DNA of 64,000 nt from Candidatus Tokpelaia sp. JSC161 (GTDB lineage: Bacteria; Pseudomonadota; Alphaproteobacteria; Rhizobiales; Rhizobiaceae). A program made the translations under genes and the position numbers. Within the stretch, counting starts at the first letter, position 1. The number at the start of each line of letters is the position of its first letter. The notes beneath the pieces were generated by a model. The model made no database searches. It saw nothing but the letters and a program-made list of their open reading frames with translations, and had not been told where the DNA came from. This document shows, piece after piece, positions 1-9,228 of the stretch. The DNA lies in contig QEND01000003.1 of the NCBI GenBank assembly GCA_003331105.1, positions 21,540-85,539 of the forward strand, given 5' to 3'.

Positions 1-1
1 A

Positions 2-520
2 GGATTTCCTGAAAGTTATGATGCAGGCTCCCTCATTCAGTTCCTCTCTGATATTAAAAGCGGTAGACCTCATGTCAAAGCACCACTCTATTCCCATTTA
101 CTTTATGATGTCTTAGAGAAAAAATATATTACGATTCATCAGCCAGATATCCTCATTATTGAAGGCGTCAATGTACTTCAAGTCAATCCTCTCGCACGTA
201 ATGGAAATGCTATGCCTTTTGTGTCAGATTTTTTTGATTTTTCGATCTATATCGATGCAGAAATCGTGAACATCCATCAATGGTATATACAGCGTTTTTT
301 GAAACTACGGCAAACAGCTTTTAAAAATCCACAGTCTTTTTTCCATCGCTATGCCAACATGAAATCAAAAGAAGCTCTTCATGTTGCCGAAAAGCTTTGG
401 ATAAAGATTAATTTAAAAAATCTTATAGAAAATATTCTACCAACACGCCCAAGGGCTGATCTTATCCTACATAAAGGCCAAGATCATATGATTCAAAAAG
501 TTGCATTGCGAAAATTATAG
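2..520 (+). CDS. coaA: Pantothenate kinase type I, C-terminal part (5' end outside window)
   Basis: The frame is open from the window edge. The translation ...[15 protein letters not shown]...[27 protein letters not shown]...[13 protein letters not shown] matches the type I CoaA C-terminal region. Confidence 0.85.
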   Translation, partial: GFPESYDAGSLIQFLSDIKSGRPHVKAPLYSHLLYDVLEKKYITIHQPDILIIEGVNVLQVNPLARNGNAMPFVSDFFDFSIYIDAEIVNIHQWYIQRFLKLRQTAFKNPQSFFHRYANMKSKEALHVAEKLWIKINLKNLIENILPTRPRADLILHKGQDHMIQKVALRKL

Positions 521-716
521 TAATTTTTTATAAAAAAGTAAATTCAAAAGCTTTCCTTTTCTTAACAAAAAAAAAGATCAACTCTCTCAAAAAAAGTTCT
601 ATGCACAATCCTGCTCATTCTCTTGACCAAAATTTTATAAGCATGCTCTTACATTGAAGAGATAAAAGAGATATATGCTCTATCAAAACAGCTTGTAAAG
701 GAATTTTGATTTTAGG

Positions 717-1859
717 ATGAGTCAGGCCGCAGGCGGTATTCTTACAATAAACCTTTTTGCCTTGCAACGAAACTATAAGCTTTTAATGAGTATCGCAAAA
801 CCGGCTTCTATCGCTGCCGTTGTCAAAGCCGATGCTTATGGAATTGGTGCAAGACATGCAGCCTATGCTCTTTATCAAGCTGGATGTCATATTTTTTTTG
901 TAGCGCAACTGAACGAAGCTATGCAGCTTAAATCTTTTCTACCGAATCATGCTCAAATTGCTATCCTCAACGATGTTCAACCAGGAATGGAAACAAAAAC
1001 AGCTGCTGCAGGCTTAATTCCTGTTCTAAACTCTCTTTCTTCTATCAAGGCATGGAGCGCTCTCTGTCAGAAAAAAAAAAGAAAATTCCCTGCTATGTTA
1101 CAGTTAGACACTGGAATGTCACGACTTGGTCTTAATGAAAAAGAAGTAAAAAAAATTGCTAAAAATCCAGAAATCTTTCATTATGCAAAAATTGCCTATC
1201 TTTTAAGTCATCTTGCATCCGACGATATATGTGATAGTCAAAGAAACATTGAACAATTAGCATCACTAGAAAAGCTTCTTGCAATCTTGCCTAAGAGTTC
1301 GGTAAGCTTTATTAATTCAAGTGGACTGGCTTTAGGCCCTAGCTACAGATTTGATCTCGTCCGATCTGGTATCGCCCTCTACGGTATCAAATCACAGAAA
1401 GACTTGCCATTTTGTTTACAACCTGTCGTAAAACTAGAAGCCCGTGTGATTCAAACACGCTATGTCCCAGCAGGAACACGAGTAGGGTATGGTGGAACTT
1501 ATCAGACAACACAAGAATCCAAAATTACAACAGTTTCTGTTGGCTATGCCGATGGTTGGCTACGCTCCCTTAGCAACTCAGGATCAGCCTATTTTTTAGG
1601 TAAACGTATGCCTATTATTGGAAGGATTTCTATGGATTCCATGACTCTCGATGCAACGGCTTTAGGAGCGTTAGCCCCATCTCGTGGAGATCTTGTAGAA
1701 CTCATTGGAATGAATCAATCCCTAGAAAATGTTGCCCATGATGCAGGTACAATACCATACGAAATTCTCACATCGCTAGGAAAACGTTATGATCTACGTT
1801 ATATCCCACCTTCTCTTCAAAAATACAAAAATAAGTTTCCCAGCAAAGAAAAAAGATAA
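717..1859 (+). CDS. alr: Alanine racemase
   Basis: 380-aa ORF with the PLP-lysine motif AVVKADAYGIG, plus GYGGTY, VSVGYADGW and ISMDSMTLD typical of alanine racemase. Confidence 0.85.
   Translation: MSQAAGGILTINLFALQRNYKLLMSIAKPASIAAVVKADAYGIGARHAAYALYQAGCHIFFVAQLNEAMQLKSFLPNHAQIAILNDVQPGMETKTAAAGLIPVLNSLSSIKAWSALCQKKKRKFPAMLQLDTGMSRLGLNEKEVKKIAKNPEIFHYAKIAYLLSHLASDDICDSQRNIEQLASLEKLLAILPKSSVSFINSSGLALGPSYRFDLVRSGIALYGIKSQKDLPFCLQPVVKLEARVIQTRYVPAGTRVGYGGTYQTTQESKITTVSVGYADGWLRSLSNSGSAYFLGKRMPIIGRISMDSMTLDATALGALAPSRGDLVELIGMNQSLENVAHDAGTIPYEILTSLGKRYDLRYIPPSLQKYKNKFPSKEKR
1071..1080 (+). repeat. A10 homopolymer inside the alr coding region (QKKKRKF)
   Basis: Ten consecutive A read directly at 1071-1080. 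Confidence 0.9.
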
Positions 1860-1862
1860 TAT

Positions 1863-2981
1863 CTATGATATTCCTTTCTTAAACTGACTCAGTATGGCTT
1901 CTCCCATTTCTCGAGTCGAGACTTTTTGTGTTCCTTCAGAATAAATATCCTTAGTACGCAAACCATCATCGAGAACAGTAGAAATAGCCTTTTCAAGCTC
2001 AAAGGCCTCTTTATTCATTCCAAAAGAATAGCGAAAGCACATTGCTAAAGATGCAATCATAGCAATAGGATTCACAATACCTTTCCCGGCAATATCGGGC
2101 GCTGAACCATGAACCGGTTCATAGATTGCTCGGCACCAAGTGCCTTTTGCTTCATTATGATCTCCCAGAGAGGCAGAAGGTAACAGACCTAACGACCCTG
2201 TTAAAGCCGCAGCCATATCCGAGAGAATATCCCCAAAAAGATTATCCGTGACAATCACATCAAATTGCTGTGGCTTCCGAACAAGCTCCATAGCACCGGC
2301 ATCTGCTAAAATATGCTTGAGTCTGATCTCCTCATTATAATGTGCGGCATGAATAGATGTAACCGTTTGATTCCATAGAAATCCTGTTCTCATGACATTG
2401 CGTTTGTCCATAGAAGTGACATGACAGCGTCGTAGACGAGCAAGTTTAAACGCAACATGAGCAATGCGTTCAATCTCATATGTCTCATAAACTTGGGTAT
2501 CAATTGCTCTTGTCTGCCCTTCTCCTAAATCCATTATTTTTTTAGGTTCACCAAAATAAATACCACCTGTCAATTCACGAACAATCATAATATCTAGGCC
2601 TCTTATCAAACTAGATTTAAGAGATGAGGAATTCACTAAAGAAGGATAGCAAATTACCGGCCGTAGATTAGCAAAAAGCTGCAGACTTTTCCGTAAACGC
2701 AACAGGCCAGCTTCCGGACGCAAATGATAAGGAACAGTCTCCCACTCTGGACCACCGACTGCACCCAAAAGCACTGCATCCGCAGAAAGAGCCCTTGATA
2801 TATCCTCTTCAGAAATAGGTCTCCGGCAAACATTATATGCAGCTCCACCAACCCGTCCTTTTTCACATACAAAGTTATAACCAAGACTATCTCTCATATA
2901 GTGAATGATTTTTTCGGTCTCCCTCATAACCTCGATTCCAACCCCGTCTCCAGGAAGAAGAAAGATTTTTCTTTTTTCCAT
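1863..2981 (-). CDS. leuB: 3-isopropylmalate dehydrogenase family (isocitrate/isopropylmalate dehydrogenase fold)
   Basis: Motifs LLPGDGVGIEV, LLGAVGGPEWE, NLFGDILSD and GSAPDIAGKGIVNP. I moved the start to ATG 2981 (MEKRKIFLLPGDG); the ORF track begins at 3020. Confidence 0.8.
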   Translation of the reverse strand: MEKRKIFLLPGDGVGIEVMRETEKIIHYMRDSLGYNFVCEKGRVGGAAYNVCRRPISEEDISRALSADAVLLGAVGGPEWETVPYHLRPEAGLLRLRKSLQLFANLRPVICYPSLVNSSSLKSSLIRGLDIMIVRELTGGIYFGEPKKIMDLGEGQTRAIDTQVYETYEIERIAHVAFKLARLRRCHVTSMDKRNVMRTGFLWNQTVTSIHAAHYNEEIRLKHILADAGAMELVRKPQQFDVIVTDNLFGDILSDMAAALTGSLGLLPSASLGDHNEAKGTWCRAIYEPVHGSAPDIAGKGIVNPIAMIASLAMCFRYSFGMNKEAFELEKAISTVLDDGLRTKDIYSEGTQKVSTREMGEAILSQFKKGIS

Positions 2982-3116
2982 CACAAAATACTCTTTTTCC
3001 TCAATATAGTTAGTGACCACATTATCTCATGTAGATAAAAAAATGGAATAGCTTATAAGACTCTCTTTTTTGATCAAAGAACGGACCACCTTTAACACAG
3101 CTGATGAGAAAGGGAG

Positions 3117-3827
3117 ATGTTAATGCAAAAATCTATGCGAAATCGTCTCATTGTTGGCCTAGATGTACCAGATATAAAAAGTGCAGAATCAATAGTTTCT
3201 CAACTAGAAGATACAGTAATATTTTACAAAATTGGGTACCAGTTAGCCTTTTCTGGCGGTCTTGATTTTGCAAAAACACTTATTTCTTATGGAAAAAAAG
3301 TTTTTCTTGATATGAAATTACTGGATATTGACAATACAATTTCTCGGGCAATTGACAATATTTTATGTATAGGGATCTCAATGCTAACCCTTCATGCTTA
3401 TCCAAAAGTTATGCGCTCTGCAGTAGATGCGGCTAAAGGAACAGACCTTTGCCTTCTTGGGGTCACAGTTCTCACTTCTATGAATACAAATGATTTAAGA
3501 GATGCCGGTTATCATGATACAGTAAAAGCCTTAGTTCTCAAGCGCGCCAAGCAAGCACGCGATATTGGAATGGGAGGAATCGTGGCTTCTGCTGCAGAAG
3601 CTTTCGCATTACGTTTAGTGATTGGGAATAAAATGGCTTTAATCACGCCAGGAATAAGATTACAAAAACACACGAATGATGACCAAAAACGTGTTATGAA
3701 ACCAAGCGAGGCAATTAAATTGGGAGCAAGTCACTTAGTTGTAGGACGTCCCATCATACAAAACAAAAATCCTAAACAAGCAGCCTTAGCTATTCTCAAA
3801 AATATGGATTCTTGCTCTTCATCATGA
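3117..3827 (+). CDS. pyrF: Orotidine 5'-phosphate decarboxylase
   Basis: Motifs [21 protein letters not shown] and HLVVGRPI. In-frame alternative ATGs at 3123 and 3135; a GGGAG Shine-Dalgarno at 3109-3113 favours 3123. Confidence 0.85.
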   Translation: MLMQKSMRNRLIVGLDVPDIKSAESIVSQLEDTVIFYKIGYQLAFSGGLDFAKTLISYGKKVFLDMKLLDIDNTISRAIDNILCIGISMLTLHAYPKVMRSAVDAAKGTDLCLLGVTVLTSMNTNDLRDAGYHDTVKALVLKRAKQARDIGMGGIVASAAEAFALRLVIGNKMALITPGIRLQKHTNDDQKRVMKPSEAIKLGASHLVVGRPIIQNKNPKQAALAILKNMDSCSSS

Positions 3828-3918
3828 AAGAGGGTTATTATTATTAAACTCATCACAAGAGGACCAGACTATTTTTATAAAAAATCATAATATAAAAAAT
3901 CTTGATTCAGCCCTTTAT

Positions 3919-4740
3919 TTGGTAGCAACCCCTATCGGAAACCTTGCAGATATAACACTTCGTGCTCTCAATATTCTAAAAAATGTTGATATTTTAGCCT
4001 GTGAGGATACCCGAGTTAGCCGTATTTTGCTCAAACATTATGATATACACAAAAAACCTATTTCTTACCATGATCATAATGCGTTACAAATCGGAGCACG
4101 GTTGCTCAAAGCATTAGAAAGCGGAAAAAGTATTGCTCTTATTTCAGATGCAGGAACACCCTTGATTTCTGATCCTGGCTTTCAACTCGTTGAAAGTGCC
4201 CGCCAGGCCAATATTCGCGTCATACCAATTCCAGGGCCATCATCCGTTCTTACTGCATTAATTGCAACAGGCTTACCAACAGATAGTTTCTATTTCGGTG
4301 GGTTTCTTCCTTCTCGACAAAAAGCACGGAGAAGAAAACTTGAGATCTCAAAGAATATCAACACAACCTTAATTTTCTATGAATCACCTTATCGGCTTGC
4401 TGAATCTTTAGCTGATATGGTAGACATATTAGGAGGAGATCGTCCTTCTGCCCTCTGTCGTGAATTAACAAAAAAATTTGAAACCATTCATACAGAAACA
4501 CTAGCTGCTTTATTCAGTGCATATGGCGGAGAAAATCGCACACGGGGTGAGATTGTTCTTGTTATCGGCTCTGAAAAAAAGAAGGTGTTACTTAATACTG
4601 AAAACACTGATCACATTCTGTATGATCTTTTACTCAAGATGCCTTCAGCTCAAGCAGCAAAGAAGGCATCACGAATTACAGGCCTAGCAAAAAAAAATCT
4701 ATATGCACGCATTATAGAGCTCAAAGCCCAACAATCATAG
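3919..4740 (+). CDS. rsmI: 16S rRNA (cytidine1402-2'-O)-methyltransferase RsmI
   Basis: VATPIGNLADITLRAL, ACEDTRVSR, ISDAGTPLISDPG and ESPYRL are tetrapyrrole-methylase/RsmI motifs. The only canonical start is TTG 3919, inside the conserved LYLVATPIGN strand (see findings). Confidence 0.8.
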   Translation: MVATPIGNLADITLRALNILKNVDILACEDTRVSRILLKHYDIHKKPISYHDHNALQIGARLLKALESGKSIALISDAGTPLISDPGFQLVESARQANIRVIPIPGPSSVLTALIATGLPTDSFYFGGFLPSRQKARRRKLEISKNINTTLIFYESPYRLAESLADMVDILGGDRPSALCRELTKKFETIHTETLAALFSAYGGENRTRGEIVLVIGSEKKKVLLNTENTDHILYDLLLKMPSAQAAKKASRITGLAKKNLYARIIELKAQQS

Positions 4741-4777
4741 AAATATCCATTTTATTTCTCAATAGCTCAATAGCTAA

Positions 4778-5572
4778 TCATCCGGGATTCGAATCAAAAT
4801 CTATTTTTTTCCATTTATCCTCGCTAAAACAATTTATTTTGATACCACGTAACCCTATATAGCTTCGTCTTCCAAGACGGCAAAACTCGCGTTGCAGGAT
4901 TCCCATCATTGTTCTTTTCTTTTTTCTTTCATCCCTATACTGTGCACGCTCATATTCAAGTGTACTCCTCACGTTGGATTGTCTAGCAATCGCAGGATCA
5001 AGCTGATATATCTTCAGTTTATTGGCTATCCCGTAATCTAAGTTAAATAAAAAATGATCAAATGGAGCACAAACATCTTCCATTTTTTTTATAAGATAGA
5101 GTGCTGACTTCTTCGAAACAATATAAGCAGCAGCTAAAATATGACTACTTTTCAACCTTCCTAAACTAAAATTATTAACATTCTTGATAGAATGTCCGAG
5201 CCAAACTTTTTTCCCTTGAGTTTCAAGTTTTACAAGATCCACGCCAGAAGGAATCCAAAAATAATTTTTAAGAAAAAGATGAGCATTGTTCGATAAAATT
5301 ACATCGTCTTCAAATACAGCGCCATACGCTTCTTGCTCTTCTGCCAATTGCTGAAGAGCAGTACGATGGCTGAGAAAACAAGCAATTTCACCACGTGTCA
5401 TCCTTTCTGGCCAAAAGGATTTTCTCGTTAAATTCTTATAATCCGTATCACTAATGTTTTTCATATCAAGAGCTCTTATACGTCTGGGTGTTAATCCCTG
5501 TTGTGCAAAAATTTCATTCAGCCGAAAGAAGCGTTCTGGATATAAATCAAGATTTATGACATAAAGCTTCAT
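4778..5572 (-). CDS. Glycosyltransferase family 25 (LPS/LOS biosynthesis type)
   Basis: 264-aa ORF with MKLYVINLD..PERF, GEIACFLSHR and FEDDV, the typical GT25 layout. Confidence 0.75.
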   Translation of the reverse strand: MKLYVINLDLYPERFFRLNEIFAQQGLTPRRIRALDMKNISDTDYKNLTRKSFWPERMTRGEIACFLSHRTALQQLAEEQEAYGAVFEDDVILSNNAHLFLKNYFWIPSGVDLVKLETQGKKVWLGHSIKNVNNFSLGRLKSSHILAAAYIVSKKSALYLIKKMEDVCAPFDHFLFNLDYGIANKLKIYQLDPAIARQSNVRSTLEYERAQYRDERKKKRTMMGILQREFCRLGRRSYIGLRGIKINCFSEDKWKKIDFDSNPG

Positions 5573-5650
5573 GATAAAACCGGATCAGAAAGGAGAACTT
5601 ATCAAAAGCCAAGAAGCAAAGCTGCCAATCACGCATAAAAATAAAAAATC

Positions 5651-6268
5651 TCAACGCGAATAAAACTCAACAACTAAATTAGGCTCCATTTGCACAGCAT
5701 ATGGAACATCTGAAAGGACAGGAACTCGTAGATAAGTGACCTGCATTTGACTATAATCAACCTGAAGATAATCTGGGACATCGCGTTCAGCAAGCACTGT
5801 TGCCTCAAGAACCATACCGAATTCTTTTGATTTTTCGCGAACAGCAATCACATCCCCTGGCTTACACCGGTAAGATTGTATGTTTGTACGCCGACCATTC
5901 ACATTAACATGACCATGGTTCACAAATTGGCGCGCAGAAAAAATTGTAGGAACAAATTTTGCACGGTAAACAATGGCATCAAGACGACTCTCAAGCAAGC
6001 CAATCATATTTTCCCCTGTATCCCCCCTGCAGCGACCGGCATCTTCATAAGTTTTTCGGAACTGCTTTTCTGACAGATCTCCGTAAAAACCCTTTAATTT
6101 CTGCTTAGCACGCAACTGTATACCAAAATCAGAAAGCTTCCCCTTCCGGCGCTGGCCATGCTGCCCTGGATTATAACTCCTACGATTTACAGGAGATTTT
6201 GGACGACCCCAAATGTTTTCTCCCATACGACGATCAATTTTATATTTTGTAGATTCACGCTTACTCAT
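5651..6268 (-). CDS. rpsD: 30S ribosomal protein S4
   Basis: 205 aa: [26 protein letters not shown]...[14 protein letters not shown]...S4 domain. Confidence 0.95.
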   Translation of the reverse strand: MSKRESTKYKIDRRMGENIWGRPKSPVNRRSYNPGQHGQRRKGKLSDFGIQLRAKQKLKGFYGDLSEKQFRKTYEDAGRCRGDTGENMIGLLESRLDAIVYRAKFVPTIFSARQFVNHGHVNVNGRRTNIQSYRCKPGDVIAVREKSKEFGMVLEATVLAERDVPDYLQVDYSQMQVTYLRVPVLSDVPYAVQMEPNLVVEFYSR

Positions 6269-6437
6269 CGTATTTCCTCATATCCTCATCACAATACAGC
6301 TAGAAATAGCTTACCTTAGGAAACGCCATCCTCTGCCTTATGACTGAAATAATGTTTCAAGATTGAAATCATATAAAATTCACGGGACGCGCACCATGCT
6401 ACAAGCAATTCAGCCTAGAACTAAGCCTTCTACAATA

Positions 6438-7256
6438 TCAAATCAAGTCAATAGAACCAACCATCTCTTCGCATATAAGGCCGAACCCATGGAATAAACG
6501 TCTCGTACTATAACTTACACGACCTGATGTAAAGCAAGCTATATCTTTTTGTTCTGTCGATGGGGTAACTTTACAGGACGGCAACAAAGAAACAATGCGT
6601 TGCACAATGGCTTCCGAAGGATCAAGCCATAAAACTGGCCAAGGAGACACATCATGAAAAAATTTTTTTAAAAAATGATAATGTGTACATGCTAGTACAA
6701 CAATATCGGTACGTTTTCCATTTTTTTGAACAAAACATGGAAAAATTTCTTCTTGAATCCTTCTAAGATCAACCATTATACCGCGAAGATAACTCTCTGC
6801 AACAATTGATAATATTTTACTTCCTACTAAATATACACTGCATTGTCCAGCATGAGCAGTAATCAAATTTCGTGTATAAGTGCCATGAACAGTCCCTGGC
6901 GTTGCCAGTACAGAAATCAGGCCACTCAGACTACAAGCTGCAGCTGGCTTGATAGCAGGGACAGTCCCAACAAAACAATAATTAGGAAAATTAGCACGTA
7001 ACTGATCAAGCATTAAAGTAGATGCTGTGTTACAGGCAATGACACATAAAAGTGGTTTGTATTGTTCCAAAACCCGCGCAAACAGACAAGACAAATGTTG
7101 ACGTAAAGCTCTATCTTCCCATGACCCATAAGGAAATCCACGATCATCTACAACATAAACAAAAGGATATCCTAGCATAAAAAAACGTGCTTTACGCAAG
7201 ATAGAAAGCCCACCGATACCACTATCAAAGAAAAGAATAGGACGCTGATTGAACAG
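6438..7256 (-). CDS. murI: Glutamate racemase (5' end uncertain; probable non-canonical CTG start)
   Basis: Motifs VACNTAS and LACTHYH. The in-frame codons upstream of the ORF-track TTG (7199) encode PILFFDSGIGGLSI, the conserved N-terminal motif. An in-frame stop lies at 7263-7265. Confidence 0.8.
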   Translation of the reverse strand: MFNQRPILFFDSGIGGLSILRKARFFMLGYPFVYVVDDRGFPYGSWEDRALRQHLSCLFARVLEQYKPLLCVIACNTASTLMLDQLRANFPNYCFVGTVPAIKPAAACSLSGLISVLATPGTVHGTYTRNLITAHAGQCSVYLVGSKILSIVAESYLRGIMVDLRRIQEEIFPCFVQKNGKRTDIVVLACTHYHFLKKFFHDVSPWPVLWLDPSEAIVQRIVSLLPSCKVTPSTEQKDIACFTSGRVSYSTRRLFHGFGLICEEMVGSIDLI

Positions 7257-7784
7257 ATTTTTTTACCTCAGATGATCGATACAAAGCCACTAACTACCTG
7301 CAAAAGCTTAATCGCGCTCTTGCGTGTTCCAGGTCAAAATAAAAAATTCTTACGTTCTTGTGTATAAAAAATAGAAAAGCGCATAAAGCATCCTGCCGCA
7401 CTGCTTCTAAACAGTGTAACGATCTTATATGCACAAGTCAATTCAGTCTTTCAGTCTTCAATAAACAGAAACCTTCACCTAGCCAATATTTACGTAAACG
7501 TAAAATCCTAATAGGCTTTTCCTTGCTAAAATATGATTTGACAAAATAAGAGCAGACTTCTTCCTGTATCATTCATGCATGAGATCATATGCCTTCCTTG
7601 CTGCAGCATTTTCATAAGGACAATTTTCGCGCGGCCATAGCACGAGCAACAATATATTTTCCGCTCACTGTGCTTAAATATACGCAACTTTTTTTTGATT
7701 TCAGGATTTGTTAGACAGACAATATAAATTGAAGTATCTTACCGATTCAATATTTCTCTATGCCTTAGTCATGAGTTTTATAAT

Positions 7785-8576
7785 ATGATTTCTTACATAA
7801 GTTATAGAAATGCCCCTTTGAAATATACAGGAGAAGTTCGTATTTTTGATGAACAAGCATTTCAAGGGATGAGAAAAGTCTGTAATCTTGCCGCACGGTG
7901 CTTAGATGAGCTTGCAGAACTTGTCAAACCGGGTATGACAACGAAAGAAATAGACAGCTTCGTCTTCAGCTTTGGTGTAGAGCACGGGGCACTTCCAGCT
8001 GATCTGAATTATCGTGGTTATACAGCTTCATGTTGTACATCAATTAATCATGTAGTCTGCCATGGTATACCCGATAACAAGCCGTTACGTGAAGGCGATA
8101 TCCTCAACATCGATGTTACATACATTCTTGATGGTTGGCACGGTGACACTGGGCGCATGTACTCTGTTGGAAAAATCAAGCGCGCGGCAGAACGCCTTAT
8201 AGAAGTAACTCATGAATGTTTAATGCGTGGCATTGCAAGCGTAAAACCAGGAATACGGACAGGAACAATAGGAGCAGCTATACAGCAGTACGCTGAGGCA
8301 GAACATTGTTCTGTCGTTAGAGATTTTTGCGGTCATGGTGTAGGACAGATTTTCCATGACGCACCGAGCATTCTTCATTATGGAACCCCAGATCATGGAA
8401 TAGAATTACGAGAGGGGATGATCTTTACCATTGAACCCATGATTAACCTTGGAAAAGCAGGTGTAAAAATTTTAAAAGACGGGTGGACTGCTGTCACGCG
8501 AGATCGCTCACTCAGCGCACAATATGAACATACAGTCGCTGTAACCAAAACAGGTTATGAAATTTTTACTCTTTAA
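7785..8576 (+). CDS. map: Methionine aminopeptidase type I
   Basis: 263 aa with NHVVCHGIP, DVTYILDGWHGD, FCGHGVG, FTIEPM and QYEHTVAVT. Confidence 0.9.
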   Translation: MISYISYRNAPLKYTGEVRIFDEQAFQGMRKVCNLAARCLDELAELVKPGMTTKEIDSFVFSFGVEHGALPADLNYRGYTASCCTSINHVVCHGIPDNKPLREGDILNIDVTYILDGWHGDTGRMYSVGKIKRAAERLIEVTHECLMRGIASVKPGIRTGTIGAAIQQYAEAEHCSVVRDFCGHGVGQIFHDAPSILHYGTPDHGIELREGMIFTIEPMINLGKAGVKILKDGWTAVTRDRSLSAQYEHTVAVTKTGYEIFTL

Positions 8577-8613
8577 AAAAAAGTTTTATGTCGAAATCAA
8601 AAGGAAATCTCTA

Positions 8614-9105
8614 TCACTTTTTTAATGAATGATATCCACGATTCAGATAAATCAATGCATTCTCCGCTTCAGAACGAGAGATATCAATAACCTGACCATG
8701 TAAAATATAATGGGTTACATCATCAGACCAGCAAACGAGTCGACAATCAAAAGCAGCCAGCGCATTCTCAAGAACAGGTGAACCAGTCTTCATGTCTCTC
8801 CAACGTGCCATGGAAAAACGTTCTTCCTGACTTACATTATAACGACCAGAAAAGATATCAGCAAGGAACTGATCCTTAGCAGACAACGTATTAATACAAA
8901 AATGACCATTATCAATAAAAAATCGATTACTTGCATGCTGTTTCATAAGACAGATAAGCAGTGTCGGTGGACTATCAGAAAGGGAACAACAAGCAGAAAC
9001 TGTCGTACCACGTAATCCTGCTATCCCTTTAGTCGTAACAACATGCACTGCGGATGCAAAAGAGCTCATCGCATCACGGTACAACTCTGATGATACAGCC
9101 TTCAT
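8614..9105 (-). CDS. Flavin reductase-like FMN-binding protein (HpaC/RutF family)
   Basis: 163 aa. FASAVHVVTT..G..G.TVSACCSLSDSPPTLLICL is the typical flavin reductase domain signature. Confidence 0.7.
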   Translation of the reverse strand: MKAVSSELYRDAMSSFASAVHVVTTKGIAGLRGTTVSACCSLSDSPPTLLICLMKQHASNRFFIDNGHFCINTLSAKDQFLADIFSGRYNVSQEERFSMARWRDMKTGSPVLENALAAFDCRLVCWSDDVTHYILHGQVIDISRSEAENALIYLNRGYHSLKK

Positions 9106-9228
9106 CCATTATTATTTTTCTAATATAAAAAGATCTCCGATAAAGGGAAAAATCATAATTCAATTTTTTGACCTTTTCCACAAAATATGCTAACTTATAG
9201 CACGAATACAAATTATCTGGTAAAAATC

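Noticed and set aside
1863-2981. leuB as an orphan remnant of a lost leucine pathway.
   Set aside because: The gene is intact, and leuB is frequently unlinked from leuA and leuCD in Rhizobiales. Pathway status cannot be judged from this window.
4781-4800. GGGATTCGAATC, a tRNA T-loop-like string.
   Set aside because: There is no complementary T-stem or acceptor arms around it, and it lies inside the GT25 coding region.
7358-7549. 63-aa ORF in the murI-map spacer.
   Set aside because: Low-complexity, basic, Cys/Ser-rich translation with TTG start and no Shine-Dalgarno. No support beyond being open.
7560-7680. Short minus-strand reading (..ILLLVLWPRENCPYENAAARKAYDLMHE) with a faint resemblance to Trm112/UPF0434-type small proteins.
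   Set aside because: The resemblance rests on a few residues, would require an internal deletion, and cannot be tested without a search. It is too weak to call even as a remnant.
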